A stretch of DNA of 58,428 nt from a virus. Its lineage: Duplodnaviria > Caudoviricetes. Position numbers and translations under genes: made by a program. The notes beneath the pieces were generated by a model that was not told the DNA's origin, made no database searches, and was given only the letters and a program-made list of their open reading frames with translations. Below are positions 47,874-56,746 of the stretch, in pieces. Within the stretch, counting starts at the first letter, position 1. Each line of letters opens with the position of its first letter. The DNA lies in IMG/VR virus record IMGVR_UViG_3300037634_006328, positions 1 to 58,428 of that record; one strand, written 5' to 3'.

Positions 47874-47948
47874 GGGACTGTAGAGAATTGGTATATCGCT
47901 CCGACTTAAAATCGGAGGTCATTGTGGGTTCGAATCCCACCAGTCCCA
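47874..47948 (+). tRNA. tRNA-Leu(UAA) with short variable region
   Basis: GGGACTG/CAGTCCC, TCCGA-CTTAAAA-TCGGA, 7-nt variable region, GGTTCGAATCC. Confidence 0.88.
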
Positions 47949-47967
47949 CTTTAAAAGAAGGGAAACA

Positions 47968-48594
47968 ATGAGGATTTGCCTCATATCAGACACACACCAG
48001 ACACACCCAGACGTTGACAAATTCCCCGATGCAGACTTGCTTCTGCATTGCGGTGATGCCACGAAGAATGGGTGCGCGCAGGAATTCATTGCTTTCAACA
48101 AATGGCTGATCACTTTGAAGCAGAAGTTCCCGCATATCATTTTCACCCCTGGGAATCACGATCTTCTTTTCGAAGACAATGAAGGGTTTGCGCGCTCGCT
48201 TGTTCAAGATGCAGAGATTCTAATCGGTGAAACCACAATGTTCCAGGGTCTTCGGATTCATGGGTTCCCGTGGGTTCCAAAGTTCTACAATTGGGCGTTC
48301 ATGCAAACGTCGACGAGTCGAAAGGTCTCGACATCGGAGATTCCAGAGTGTGATGTTCTGATGACCCATGGCCCACCTTACGGCATTGGCGACGTTGCAA
48401 AGAACTTTTCGAATACCGGCTGCCCATGGCTTCTGCAAAGGGTTGAAAAGCTTCAGCCAAAGTTGCATGTATATGGTCATATCCATGAGTGCCACGGTCA
48501 AACGATTGAGATCGGTGGAACCAAGTTTATCAATGCGGCACAAATGGATCGACACCATCGACCATTGTTTGAGCCAATCGTTGTGGAGATCTGA
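47968..48594 (+). CDS. metallophosphoesterase (calcineurin-like)
   Basis: ISDTH, HCGD, PGNHD, THGPP, GHIHE. Confidence 0.92.
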   Translation: MRICLISDTHQTHPDVDKFPDADLLLHCGDATKNGCAQEFIAFNKWLITLKQKFPHIIFTPGNHDLLFEDNEGFARSLVQDAEILIGETTMFQGLRIHGFPWVPKFYNWAFMQTSTSRKVSTSEIPECDVLMTHGPPYGIGDVAKNFSNTGCPWLLQRVEKLQPKLHVYGHIHECHGQTIEIGGTKFINAAQMDRHHRPLFEPIVVEI

Positions 48595-48800
48595 TGAATG
48601 AAGATGAAATTGCATTCATCGTGTGTGTGGTGTTTGCCGTCACATTGGTGGTATGCTGCATGTCTGCGTATAACAGTGGCAGTAATAGTGCTTCCGCACT
48701 CGTGTGCTCGCAGTATTGTGATACCACCGGAGCAAAGTATGACTTTGTTGAAAACCGGTGCGTATGCATCACAATTACTGAAAAGTTTCAGGGAGAATAG
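48594..48800 (+). CDS. small membrane-anchored Cys-rich protein
   Basis: TM helix followed by C-x3-C...C-x-C. Confidence 0.45.
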   Translation: MNEDEIAFIVCVVFAVTLVVCCMSAYNSGSNSASALVCSQYCDTTGAKYDFVENRCVCITITEKFQGE

Positions 48801-49061
48801 AGAAGAAAACGCAAAGTCGCTTGACATTTTGTGACAGGCGGTTACATTATGTGCATGAAGAAAGAATACAAAATCTATGACAACATCGGGAATCTGATTG
48901 AAATCGGTTCAACCGTCGTTTTCGCGAATGATGGCGCTGTTGAAATAGATCGAGTTTCTGAATTCAGTGGGCGTTCATCGCTGTCAAGAATCGAGAAACA
49001 GAATTTGTGACCAATCGTATATTGGTCTACGAAATATAAAACACACAAAGGAAAAAGAAAT

Positions 49062-49262
49062 ATGTCTCAACCAAAAACAGTCCCTATTTGGGAGTTAGCA
49101 GTCACCGTCAAACAGGGGGAAGGACTTCATACTACGAAGTATCTTGTCGCTGCCGAAGATAAGAGAGAGATTCAGAGGTTTGTTCAAGCAAATCATGGCG
49201 AGCAGTCCCAATGGTCCGCCGATCCAAAGACTGTTTACGAACTTCGCCGCGAGCATCTTTGA
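49062..49262 (+). CDS. hypothetical protein
   Basis: AAGGA RBS. Confidence 0.5.
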   Translation: MSQPKTVPIWELAVTVKQGEGLHTTKYLVAAEDKREIQRFVQANHGEQSQWSADPKTVYELRREHL

Positions 49263-49511
49263 TGAGGTCTTAGCACTCTCTTGACTTGACAAAAGTGCTC
49301 GGCAGGTTACATTATAGGTAGAAAAAGGGGGATAGTTGAACGAAAAGCCGATTTATTTTGAGGATCTGTATCTGAACGAACCCGTATATGGTTTCGATTT
49401 GGACTATGACGTTCCTTGTTTTGATGAAGATGATGGTGAAGAGTATGAAGGATGTCCCTGGGATATCCCCGAAGACCTTCCGTTTTAAGAAGTTACGATC
49501 ACGTTAGCATA

Positions 49512-49700
49512 TTTGATTATTAATGGACCGGGGAGGAAAGGTATTATAGCCGTTCAAAGAACCTAATCGAACGGAATCGCATTCTTAATATATTTACGGA
49601 ATGCATATAGCCACCCACCTTGGCTAATAAAAAGGTGGAGTTGAAGGTGGTTCTAGGGTATATCGCTGAAAACAGATATGCCTTCCCGGTCTTAATCAAA
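49512..49700 (+). ncRNA. candidate structured ncRNA (about 190 nt, multi-hairpin, possible pseudoknots)
   Basis: Terminal stems TTTGATTA/TAATCAAA and GACCGGGGAGG/CCTTCCCGGTC enclose four hairpins. Confidence 0.55.
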
Positions 49701-49709
49701 GAAAAGACG

Positions 49710-49913
49710 ATGTCACTCCACCCAGCGCCATATGAAAAAGGCCAATTACTTAGGTTTAAACTACCTACGCATACAGATAGGAACATAACGCTGGTTGTAC
49801 TTGAAATAAATTTGTGGACACCAACCACTGCGACCATTCACGCATATTGTATCGAATCCGGCACCGCCGCAACATATCAGTTGCGACGAAGTAGCATCAT
49901 AGGTGAATCATGA
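49710..49913 (+). CDS. small KOW/SH3-like hypothetical protein
   Basis: YEKGQLLR; likely start ATG 49710, after the structured region. Confidence 0.45.
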   Translation: MSLHPAPYEKGQLLRFKLPTHTDRNITLVVLEINLWTPTTATIHAYCIESGTAATYQLRRSSIIGES

Positions 49914-50076
49914 TAATGAATAAGAAGAACACCCTTGACACCTCTGGTGCTCGGGGTATTGCTAGGCAGGAACACTTTGCCTCTGGTGGGAGTATTGCCG
50001 AATGGCGGGGCAAACACGTTGTACATAGTTCCGCAAAGAACTACAAGCGAAATCCAAAACATCGCACTAAACGAGA

Positions 50077-50295
50077 ATGGTAAAACCTCATTTGTTAATT
50101 GGCGAAGTAGTCCGGCTAAAGTATGTGGGTGCATCTGTTTATGGCATCGTGATTAGTTGTTCAGACATGAACGATTGCTCAAAAGTGCTAAGGGTATATT
50201 GGCTCCCCTCTAAGGAGTCCACCCCAGACCTAGAAGCATTGAAACGTCAGCGATTTATTGCTTCGAATTATGTTGAATTCTGTGACAAGGCTTGA
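50077..50295 (+). CDS. small KOW/SH3-like hypothetical protein
   Basis: LLIGEVVR...YGIVI...RVYW; stop lies in a TTGACA box. Confidence 0.5.
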   Translation: MVKPHLLIGEVVRLKYVGASVYGIVISCSDMNDCSKVLRVYWLPSKESTPDLEALKRQRFIASNYVEFCDKA

Positions 50296-50361
50296 CATTT
50301 TGTTGACTTGACAAAACCTCTCATCATGTTACATTATAGGTGTAAAAAGGAGAAAGAAAAC

Positions 50362-51075
50362 ATGTCTTACCCTACGTTATCCGCTCGCGGGCGCAAGCTC
50401 ATCGCTGAAGGTCTTCTCGCCCGATTGGATGCCGTCCGCACCAGCACCGCCGCCACGTCGCGGGATCGAGCCTTTCTTGATTCCCTCTTCGAAAACGCTA
50501 AGATTTGGGGTAACCTGTCCCCGAAGCAATACGCGGCGTTGGAAAGGGTTGAACAGCGTATTGAGACCCGTACTTTTGCACACAATGATCATGATGCTTG
50601 GATGACCGAGTGGGATAGCGAGAAGGCCGAACTATTCAGTCTTTTCCTTTCCTACGCATCCTCGACCAAACCTAGTGGTGCCATGAACCGCGCACCCATT
50701 GAATACTATGGTCGCTTCCTGTCTCTAGTGAAAGCTGACGAGAACTTCATTCCCACTCGTGGGCAATTCTCAAAGTATACAGGTAACCTCTACTTTCAGC
50801 GTGCTCTGGCGGAATACCGCCGATCACCTAAATTTGCTATTAACGGCGCTGTAACCTTTCGGTCAACGGCTAATTCTCGCTGCGATGCATATGCTGCATG
50901 TCGCCGCGCCCATGTGGGCACCAAGATTGTTGGGATGGTTACCGAGATTGATCCTTGCTTTCCACGCACCAGTGTCAAAGGTAGCAAAACCTATCGCGTG
51001 GTATTCCCGCAACTTATGAAGCAGTTTATTGTTGAAGAGCGTTGGCTTAAGCTTTCCTCTCGCAAAAAGTCTTGA
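50362..51075 (+). CDS. hypothetical early protein
   Basis: Promoter module plus AAGGAG RBS; FL.SL.......LS.KQ...L motif common in phage proteins. Confidence 0.65.
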   Translation: MSYPTLSARGRKLIAEGLLARLDAVRTSTAATSRDRAFLDSLFENAKIWGNLSPKQYAALERVEQRIETRTFAHNDHDAWMTEWDSEKAELFSLFLSYASSTKPSGAMNRAPIEYYGRFLSLVKADENFIPTRGQFSKYTGNLYFQRALAEYRRSPKFAINGAVTFRSTANSRCDAYAACRRAHVGTKIVGMVTEIDPCFPRTSVKGSKTYRVVFPQLMKQFIVEERWLKLSSRKKS

Positions 51076-51155
51076 CACTCTCTTAACAAAATAAGCCTCG
51101 ACAAAACCCGACAGCGTGATACATTATATGTGTAAGAACGAAAGAGGAAAAGAAC

Positions 51156-51314
51156 ATGGATGACTTCCACAGGGTTCAGGACATCGCGCACGGAGGCTAC
51201 AGGTGCCCTTGCTGCGGGCCTAAGCCTTCCGACCGACCCAAGGCTCGGCGTACTGCTCGACGCCGCCTGAAGGCTGTCACGCGCCGTATCATCCGTGATC
51301 AGATCGAGGACTGA
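51156..51314 (+). CDS. 52-aa basic CPCC protein (not in ORF track)
   Basis: MDDFHRVQDIAHGGYRCPCCGPKPSDRPKARRTARRRLK...; directly after a promoter module and GAGG RBS. Confidence 0.6.
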   Translation: MDDFHRVQDIAHGGYRCPCCGPKPSDRPKARRTARRRLKAVTRRIIRDQIED

Positions 51315-51318
51315 AGAA

Positions 51319-51573
51319 ATGAAGTTTGCTGCAACATTTGAAATCGATTTTGAGTTGGAAATGTCTGTTGCGACAACAACCTTTGTCGCCGAACAGATCA
51401 TGGGTTCCGAAACTTACCAGATTGGTACCGAACTCTTGGGTTTGGTCTCTGGTAATGGAATTAAGCTTGGCAGGCCCACCGCCGCTGACCAAAACATGAT
51501 TCTCCTTTGGGGAGTCCCTGGTTTCCGCGAATGGATGATGGATGCTGCGGCCCACATCGACCCACAAGGCTGA
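51319..51573 (+). CDS. hypothetical protein
   Basis: Follows the 52-aa ORF; GAGG RBS. Confidence 0.5.
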   Translation: MKFAATFEIDFELEMSVATTTFVAEQIMGSETYQIGTELLGLVSGNGIKLGRPTAADQNMILLWGVPGFREWMMDAAAHIDPQG

Positions 51574-51696
51574 CAACACTTGACAAACCCTTGACTTGAC
51601 AAATCACCCTGCGATGTTACATTATAAGGGTAAGAAACAAAAGGGCCGGTTGACCCATTCAACCACTTGATTAAAAACAGTCAAATGGAGGGCAAT

Positions 51697-51927
51697 ATGC
51701 CCCGCAAGAAGACCGAATCTACTTTCACCATTGGTCAGGCCGTTCGCCACCGGGTACCGAACTTCTGCGCATGCATCGCCGAAGATGAGAGCGTGTGGGC
51801 TAGTGGCACCGTGACCGCGCTCGGGACGCACGGAAAAGGTGGGAAGACCGTTACTGTCAAGTGGGCCGATGGTATTGAGCGCAAGTTCACCGCGAGCTTC
51901 GTGATTCCCGCTGTCGAAGCTAACTGA
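51697..51927 (+). CDS. small KOW/SH3-like hypothetical protein
   Basis: GGAGG RBS; FTIGQAVR...GTV...VTVKW. Confidence 0.6.
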   Translation: MPRKKTESTFTIGQAVRHRVPNFCACIAEDESVWASGTVTALGTHGKGGKTVTVKWADGIERKFTASFVIPAVEAN

Positions 51928-51934
51928 AGCCTCT

Positions 51935-52285
51935 AAAGCTAGGGCAAGAACAAATATGTCCCGAAAACACCCTCTGTCCGATTTCAGGTGAAACTCCTGC
52001 CCCAAATATCAATATGCTCACCACCAACATAGGGTCCGAGAAATTACTTTACAGCTCATTTTGAGTGAGTGCCTTCGTTATAAGCTTAGCGGCTAAGAGG
52101 GTTAACTGGATTATGTAAAAGTATCACCCGTGAGCGGGTCGCGCTAATGATGTTGGAAAATGTAGTACCAGACGTGAATGAACGTTGAGCGTAAACGTTG
52201 CATCAGACTTGGTGTTGAGGGTGAACGCGCCCTTCAACTTTAACTACACAGCCGCTGGCACACCGGTTAAAGTGTGCCACCTTTT
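51935..52285 (+). ncRNA. candidate large structured ncRNA (about 350 nt)
   Basis: No credible ORF; several 7-bp long-range helices and local hairpins; ends in a hairpin plus T run. Confidence 0.55.
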
Positions 52286-52386
52286 ATCGCGCCTGTCACT
52301 TTTCTTGACACTCTCTTAACGAAATAAGCCTCGACAAACCACGCCAGCGTGATACATTATATGTGTAAAAAGAAAAGGGGAAAAAC

Positions 52387-53046
52387 ATGAGTTGGAACGG
52401 GACCGTTCGATGCTCGCACTGTGGACAACGTGGACATAACAAACGCGGCTGCTCGGTGTTGAAGGAATGGGTTGCCGAACGGCGCATTACCCACGGCGAC
52501 AATGACTATTACGTTGCCAGCGCTGATCGCAAAGCCGCTAGTGCCAAAACAAGACAATGCTCGTTCTGCCGAGAAACCGGGCATAATCGCCGTGGCTGCA
52601 AGACTCTCAAGTCTGCGAAGATCGCTGCAAAGACTAGGCTTCACACAAATCGCCAATTCCTTTTAGGTTGGGTCACTGCGAACGCAACAAGTTTTCCTGG
52701 TGTTGGTAATATTGCCTTTTGCCCTTGGGCTAAGAAGCCATACGTGATCACTGGCATCGACTGGGGGGTATTTGATAATCTTGAGCGCGATGCCACTGAC
52801 ACAGATGTGCAAGCATATTTTGCGGATAACGACCTTCATTACTATCGGGAGATCTTCATCGGGAAAAGGATAGGAGACTTTCGTAGGACTGAAAGGTTCA
52901 GTGCAGTACAACTCGCTAGAACATCGAGCGATCTCAAGGGTTTTGTTCCCAAACCGCCAGCAGACCTGTTGACTGATGCCGCCTTGGCCACCATTGTTGA
53001 CGGACACTTTGCAAAACACGGAAGATGGTTCCATGGATATCGTTGA
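52387..53046 (+). CDS. double CCHC zinc-knuckle protein
   Basis: CSHCGQRGHNKRGC and CSFCRETGHNRRGC. Confidence 0.75.
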   Translation: MSWNGTVRCSHCGQRGHNKRGCSVLKEWVAERRITHGDNDYYVASADRKAASAKTRQCSFCRETGHNRRGCKTLKSAKIAAKTRLHTNRQFLLGWVTANATSFPGVGNIAFCPWAKKPYVITGIDWGVFDNLERDATDTDVQAYFADNDLHYYREIFIGKRIGDFRRTERFSAVQLARTSSDLKGFVPKPPADLLTDAALATIVDGHFAKHGRWFHGYR

Positions 53047-53229
53047 CGACCTCTTGACAAGATAATCCTCGACAAACGCTGGCAGCGTGATACATTATAT
53101 GTGTAGAAAAGATAGGAGTTCGATGCGCCCCCAGCCCGATTATGCCTTTTGGTTTTTGTGTATCGCTTGGGTATTCATATCCTTTTGGCTATATTATAGT
53201 CTGTTCCCCCTATTTGGCGGACCCTGATA

Positions 53230-53424
53230 ATGAAAGACAGTGAATCGTTCGAAGATAAAGTGGCTGATTACAGCGATTTCATGCTTCGTTCTTTTCTGAA
53301 TGATATGATGTTCGCTCCTATCGACGCCTCCGATCCAATCGAGTGTAAAGCAATTCAGCAAGCATTCGAAAACCTTGCCAATATTGATTGGTACGCATAT
53401 TTCAACGAAGAAGAGGGAAAATGA
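53230..53424 (+). CDS. hypothetical protein
   Basis: ATGA coupling to the next ORF. Confidence 0.45.
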   Translation: MKDSESFEDKVADYSDFMLRSFLNDMMFAPIDASDPIECKAIQQAFENLANIDWYAYFNEEEGK

Positions 53425-53666
53425 AAGTATTTACCGTAACCAAAGATGATGGAATCTTCCATCCAGTGATCGTTGCAGTCTATTCAGACTTCCACGAAGC
53501 CAATACTCATGTGAAGTTCTTGCGCTCAAAGCACAAGGTATCAAAGATCTCTGTCTCTGCGCAGCATTCTGTGAAGTTCAGTGTCGATACATACGATGTG
53601 TCGCCAAAGTTCGACAATGAAGACGCCCGAACGATTTGGGTTGATCCTCTCCGCGCCATGCGTTGA
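53421..53666 (+). CDS. hypothetical protein
   Basis: GAGGG RBS; stop lies in a TTGACA box. Confidence 0.5.
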   Translation: MKVFTVTKDDGIFHPVIVAVYSDFHEANTHVKFLRSKHKVSKISVSAQHSVKFSVDTYDVSPKFDNEDARTIWVDPLRAMR

Positions 53667-53883
53667 CAAACACTTGACAAGATAAGAGTCGACAAACGTT
53701 GTCAACGTGATACATTATATGTGTAGAAAGGAAAATAAAATGTCCACGCCTCGGTTGGCTAAATTCGAAATCAGTTTGATCATTTGTCTCATCATCTTAG
53801 GACTTTGGGTGACCGGTCTTGTGGCTTGGGGCGCGTGATGGAATTGGAAATTGGTTTTCTCAAAGAAGTAAAGGATTAAAACA

Positions 53884-54084
53884 ATGGCAATCTGGCAATT
53901 CATGCAGCGGTGCATGTTGGACCGCGTGCAAAACCCAGCCTACCGAAAGGGTCAGGCATTCATGAATCTCCTGAAGGAGTTTCGCCCAGACTTGGCCGAT
54001 GCAATGCATTCGACCGATCTTGATTGTTCCTGTGTGGATGAACGGTATGATGCTGCCCTCACCTATGTTCGAAAGAACTGGTGA
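53884..54084 (+). CDS. hypothetical protein
   Basis: R.GQAFMN.L...RPDLA motif typical of small phage proteins. Confidence 0.6.
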   Translation: MAIWQFMQRCMLDRVQNPAYRKGQAFMNLLKEFRPDLADAMHSTDLDCSCVDERYDAALTYVRKNW

Positions 54085-54182
54085 ACGGCAACGGAACGCT
54101 TGACAATCACTTGACAACTTAGTGGTCGACAAACCACGTCAGCGTGATACATTATATGTGTAAGAACGAAAAGGAAAACAAC

Positions 54183-54395
54183 ATGTCCGCCAACCTGCCG
54201 ACCGTGATTCTCTGGGCCGATGCCGTCCAAACCTTCGAAACCGACATGCTTCCGGCGCTTATCGAAGCCTATAGTGCTGACGATACCGTTGCATTCAGCG
54301 AGGCTTGGAACGACTGGACCGACTCCTTGTGCAAGGATGGTCAGATCTCTGATTGGCAGTATGCGAACTGGTCGCATCCCGCTTGCTGCGGTTGA
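54183..54395 (+). CDS. hypothetical protein
   Basis: EAWNDWTDSLCKDGQISDWQY.NW motif; stop lies in a TTGACA box. Confidence 0.65.
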   Translation: MSANLPTVILWADAVQTFETDMLPALIEAYSADDTVAFSEAWNDWTDSLCKDGQISDWQYANWSHPACCG

Positions 54396-54572
54396 CAAAC
54401 GCTTGACAACTTGGTGGTTGACAAACCACCCCAGCGTGATACATTATATATGCGAGACGGGGAAAGAAAAAGATGCCCCGCCCCTCGCAGACAAACACTT
54501 GACAACTTAGCACTTGCGTAACCGCCTCAATCGGTTACATTATAGATAGACGAAAAAGAAAAGGAACAAAAC

Positions 54573-55700
54573 ATGGCTGTCAACTTTACCGAATTCTCCG
54601 CTACCGCACCCTTCGTTGTGGATGCGCGATTCCCGGTTCTTATCCGTGGTCGACACGGAATCGGTAAATCTAGCGTTGTGTATCAGTATGCATCGACTGT
54701 CGGCCTTCCGGTTGTGGAACGACGTGCTTCCCAAATGACCGAAGGGGATCTCTTGGGAATCCCTGCAAAGGACGGAAAAGATGTCAACGGCACGATCGCC
54801 AGTGTCTTCGCCCCGTTTGAATGGCTTGTCAGGGCTTGTACTGAACCGGTGGTCCTCTTCCTTGACGAAGTGGACCGCGCCGTAACCGAGGTTCGACAGG
54901 GGCTTTTCGAGCTTTGTGACTCTCGCAAGATCGCAGGCTGGACCCTGCACCCTGATACCATCGTGTTCGCTGCGATCAACGGTGGCGAGCATGGCGCGCA
55001 ATACCAAGTCAATGCAATGGATCCGGCTGAACTCGATCGATACACCGTCTTTGACGTGGAACCGACCGTTGAGGAATGGTGTAGCTATGCCACTGACGCC
55101 TGCGACAGCGCAATCGTGGCGTTCATCCGGAACTTTCCAACACATTTGGAACACTTCGATGAATTCGAGCCGAACAAGGTTTACCCCTCTCGCCGTTCGT
55201 GGTGCCGATTCAATGATGCAATCGTGCGGCACGGCCTTCTGGCTGATGCCAAAGCGAACCGTGCAACGATTTCCCGCCTTGCAACTGCCTTTCTCGGCAT
55301 TGAGGCGTCCGTCAAATTCGTTGACTTCGTTGTCAATTACGATCGTCAGGTCTCTGCTGCGGATATCATCGAGAAGGGTCGTTTTGACCGTCTCGCCGAC
55401 TTTGAGCAGACTGACCATATGTCGGTTGTCGATGCGATCATTTCTGGTGGATACACTTCTTCGAAATTGGAAGGTTCGAACCTTCAGAACTTCGTTGATT
55501 ACCTTGTCAACTATCTTCCAGCCGAATGCGCTATGACTCTCTGGACTTCGGTTGTTGGTAATGCTGATACCCCACAGGACGTGATGACTCATAACATGGT
55601 CAACATTCAACGCAGCGTTGCATCGCCGATGAACGGTCAGCCTGGAATCACTTTTCAGAAGTGGTGCCTTGAGGTCATTCCGACCGACAACGATAGCTGA
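54573..55700 (+). CDS. AAA+ ATPase (MoxR/AAA_5-like)
   Basis: GRHGIGKS, LFLDEVDRA, MDPAELDRY, PSRRSW. Confidence 0.88.
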   Translation: MAVNFTEFSATAPFVVDARFPVLIRGRHGIGKSSVVYQYASTVGLPVVERRASQMTEGDLLGIPAKDGKDVNGTIASVFAPFEWLVRACTEPVVLFLDEVDRAVTEVRQGLFELCDSRKIAGWTLHPDTIVFAAINGGEHGAQYQVNAMDPAELDRYTVFDVEPTVEEWCSYATDACDSAIVAFIRNFPTHLEHFDEFEPNKVYPSRRSWCRFNDAIVRHGLLADAKANRATISRLATAFLGIEASVKFVDFVVNYDRQVSAADIIEKGRFDRLADFEQTDHMSVVDAIISGGYTSSKLEGSNLQNFVDYLVNYLPAECAMTLWTSVVGNADTPQDVMTHNMVNIQRSVASPMNGQPGITFQKWCLEVIPTDNDS

Positions 55701-55751
55701 TAGGGACGTCAATGGGTGCTGGCTTTCTGTCAGCCCCACACTTATCTTTTT

Positions 55752-55826
55752 GGGAATGTGGCCAAGTTGGTAAAGGCACCCGTCTTATAAGCAGGAGATA
55801 CGTGGGTTCAAACCCCACCATTCCCA
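55752..55826 (+). tRNA. tRNA-Ile(UAU)
   Basis: GGGAATG/CATTCCC, GCC..GGC D-stem, loop CTTATAA, GGTTCAAACCC; one mismatch in the anticodon stem. Confidence 0.82.
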
Positions 55827-55846
55827 CTCTAAAACAATGGTATGCA

Positions 55847-56062
55847 ATGAGAACCCCTGCACAGCGGTGCATTGAAGAATACGAGAAATATAAACACATT
55901 GTAATATCGGAAGGTCTTTATACTAACGCTAGTGGAGTTCAGTATCGAATTTCTGACGTTGACAACGAGAGAGGGACCGCAGTGACAACCTCATTGCTGA
56001 ACAACTATGAACTAAGGCGGACCCTACATTGGTGCCGGAAGAATCTAAAGAGAGTGGGATAG
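55847..56062 (+). CDS. hypothetical protein
   Basis: Start placed after the tRNA. Confidence 0.45.
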   Translation: MRTPAQRCIEEYEKYKHIVISEGLYTNASGVQYRISDVDNERGTAVTTSLLNNYELRRTLHWCRKNLKRVG

Positions 56063-56084
56063 AACATGCAATGCGAGACTACTT

Positions 56085-56312
56085 ATGAATGAAATGAAGG
56101 ATCCCGAAGATACGCCAGACATTGCCTCCGAAGTAATGCGAACGTTGGAAGATCAACAGAGAGAACTCCTTGAGATTCAGGCGGCATATGAAACTGCTGT
56201 CAAAGAGACTAGTTCAGAGTTGAACATGTTGCATATTCACGCTTGGCACGTTTGGGCGCTACTTCTTGAAACGCGCCTACCGCCGCAAAGTATCTATCCG
56301 GCTATGGCATAG
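56085..56312 (+). CDS. hypothetical protein
   Basis: Late-type motif at 56078. Confidence 0.45.
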   Translation: MNEMKDPEDTPDIASEVMRTLEDQQRELLEIQAAYETAVKETSSELNMLHIHAWHVWALLLETRLPPQSIYPAMA

Positions 56313-56319
56313 TGAAGTA

Positions 56320-56538
56320 ATGAAGTTGAAGTTTGATCAGATGGAGTTTGAAATAGGGGAATTAATAACCCTTAGATCTCATGATCCTGCAACCTTGCAT
56401 GGCATTGTTTTGAGTGAACCGTGGACGGACCATAATAATGAGGTCCGTGTCACGGTTTTTATCGTTGAAAAAAGGGAAGAATGGATACCATACATTCAAT
56501 CTATAAAGAAAATCAAGGGCTACGAAAATGAAGCTTGA
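56320..56538 (+). CDS. small KOW/SH3-like hypothetical protein
   Basis: FEIGELIT...HGIVL...VTVF. Confidence 0.5.
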   Translation: MKLKFDQMEFEIGELITLRSHDPATLHGIVLSEPWTDHNNEVRVTVFIVEKREEWIPYIQSIKKIKGYENEA

Positions 56539-56746
56539 TGTCGGACAATTGGTGACCACTACTTACAAACACAAGCCCCGCATTCGATATTTCATCGTTA
56601 TCGATCCGCTGGTGCCGCCCGACATCAACGCAGGAAGACCCCATTACATGACTCGCGTTTATTCAGTTTCAAGCTCCATTTTCTGTTATATCCCCGTTCA
56701 GTACGTTGTTCCTGTGCTTTCGTCCGCTTCGTCCACAGCCCTGTAA
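56528..56746 (+). CDS. small KOW/SH3-like hypothetical protein
   Basis: LDVGQLVT. Confidence 0.45.
   Translation: MKLDVGQLVTTTYKHKPRIRYFIVIDPLVPPDINAGRPHYMTRVYSVSSSIFCYIPVQYVVPVLSSASSTAL

Noticed and set aside
51072-54160. CRISPR or transposon-end interpretation of the CAGCGTGATACATTATATGTGTA repeats
   Set aside because: Spacing is irregular and gene-sized, each copy has -35/-10 geometry followed by an RBS, and there is no transposase.
54540-55739. 399-aa minus-strand ORF and the other minus-strand ORFs in the track
   Set aside because: They are antisense shadows of well-supported + strand genes, with no motifs or RBS; all promoters point in the + direction.
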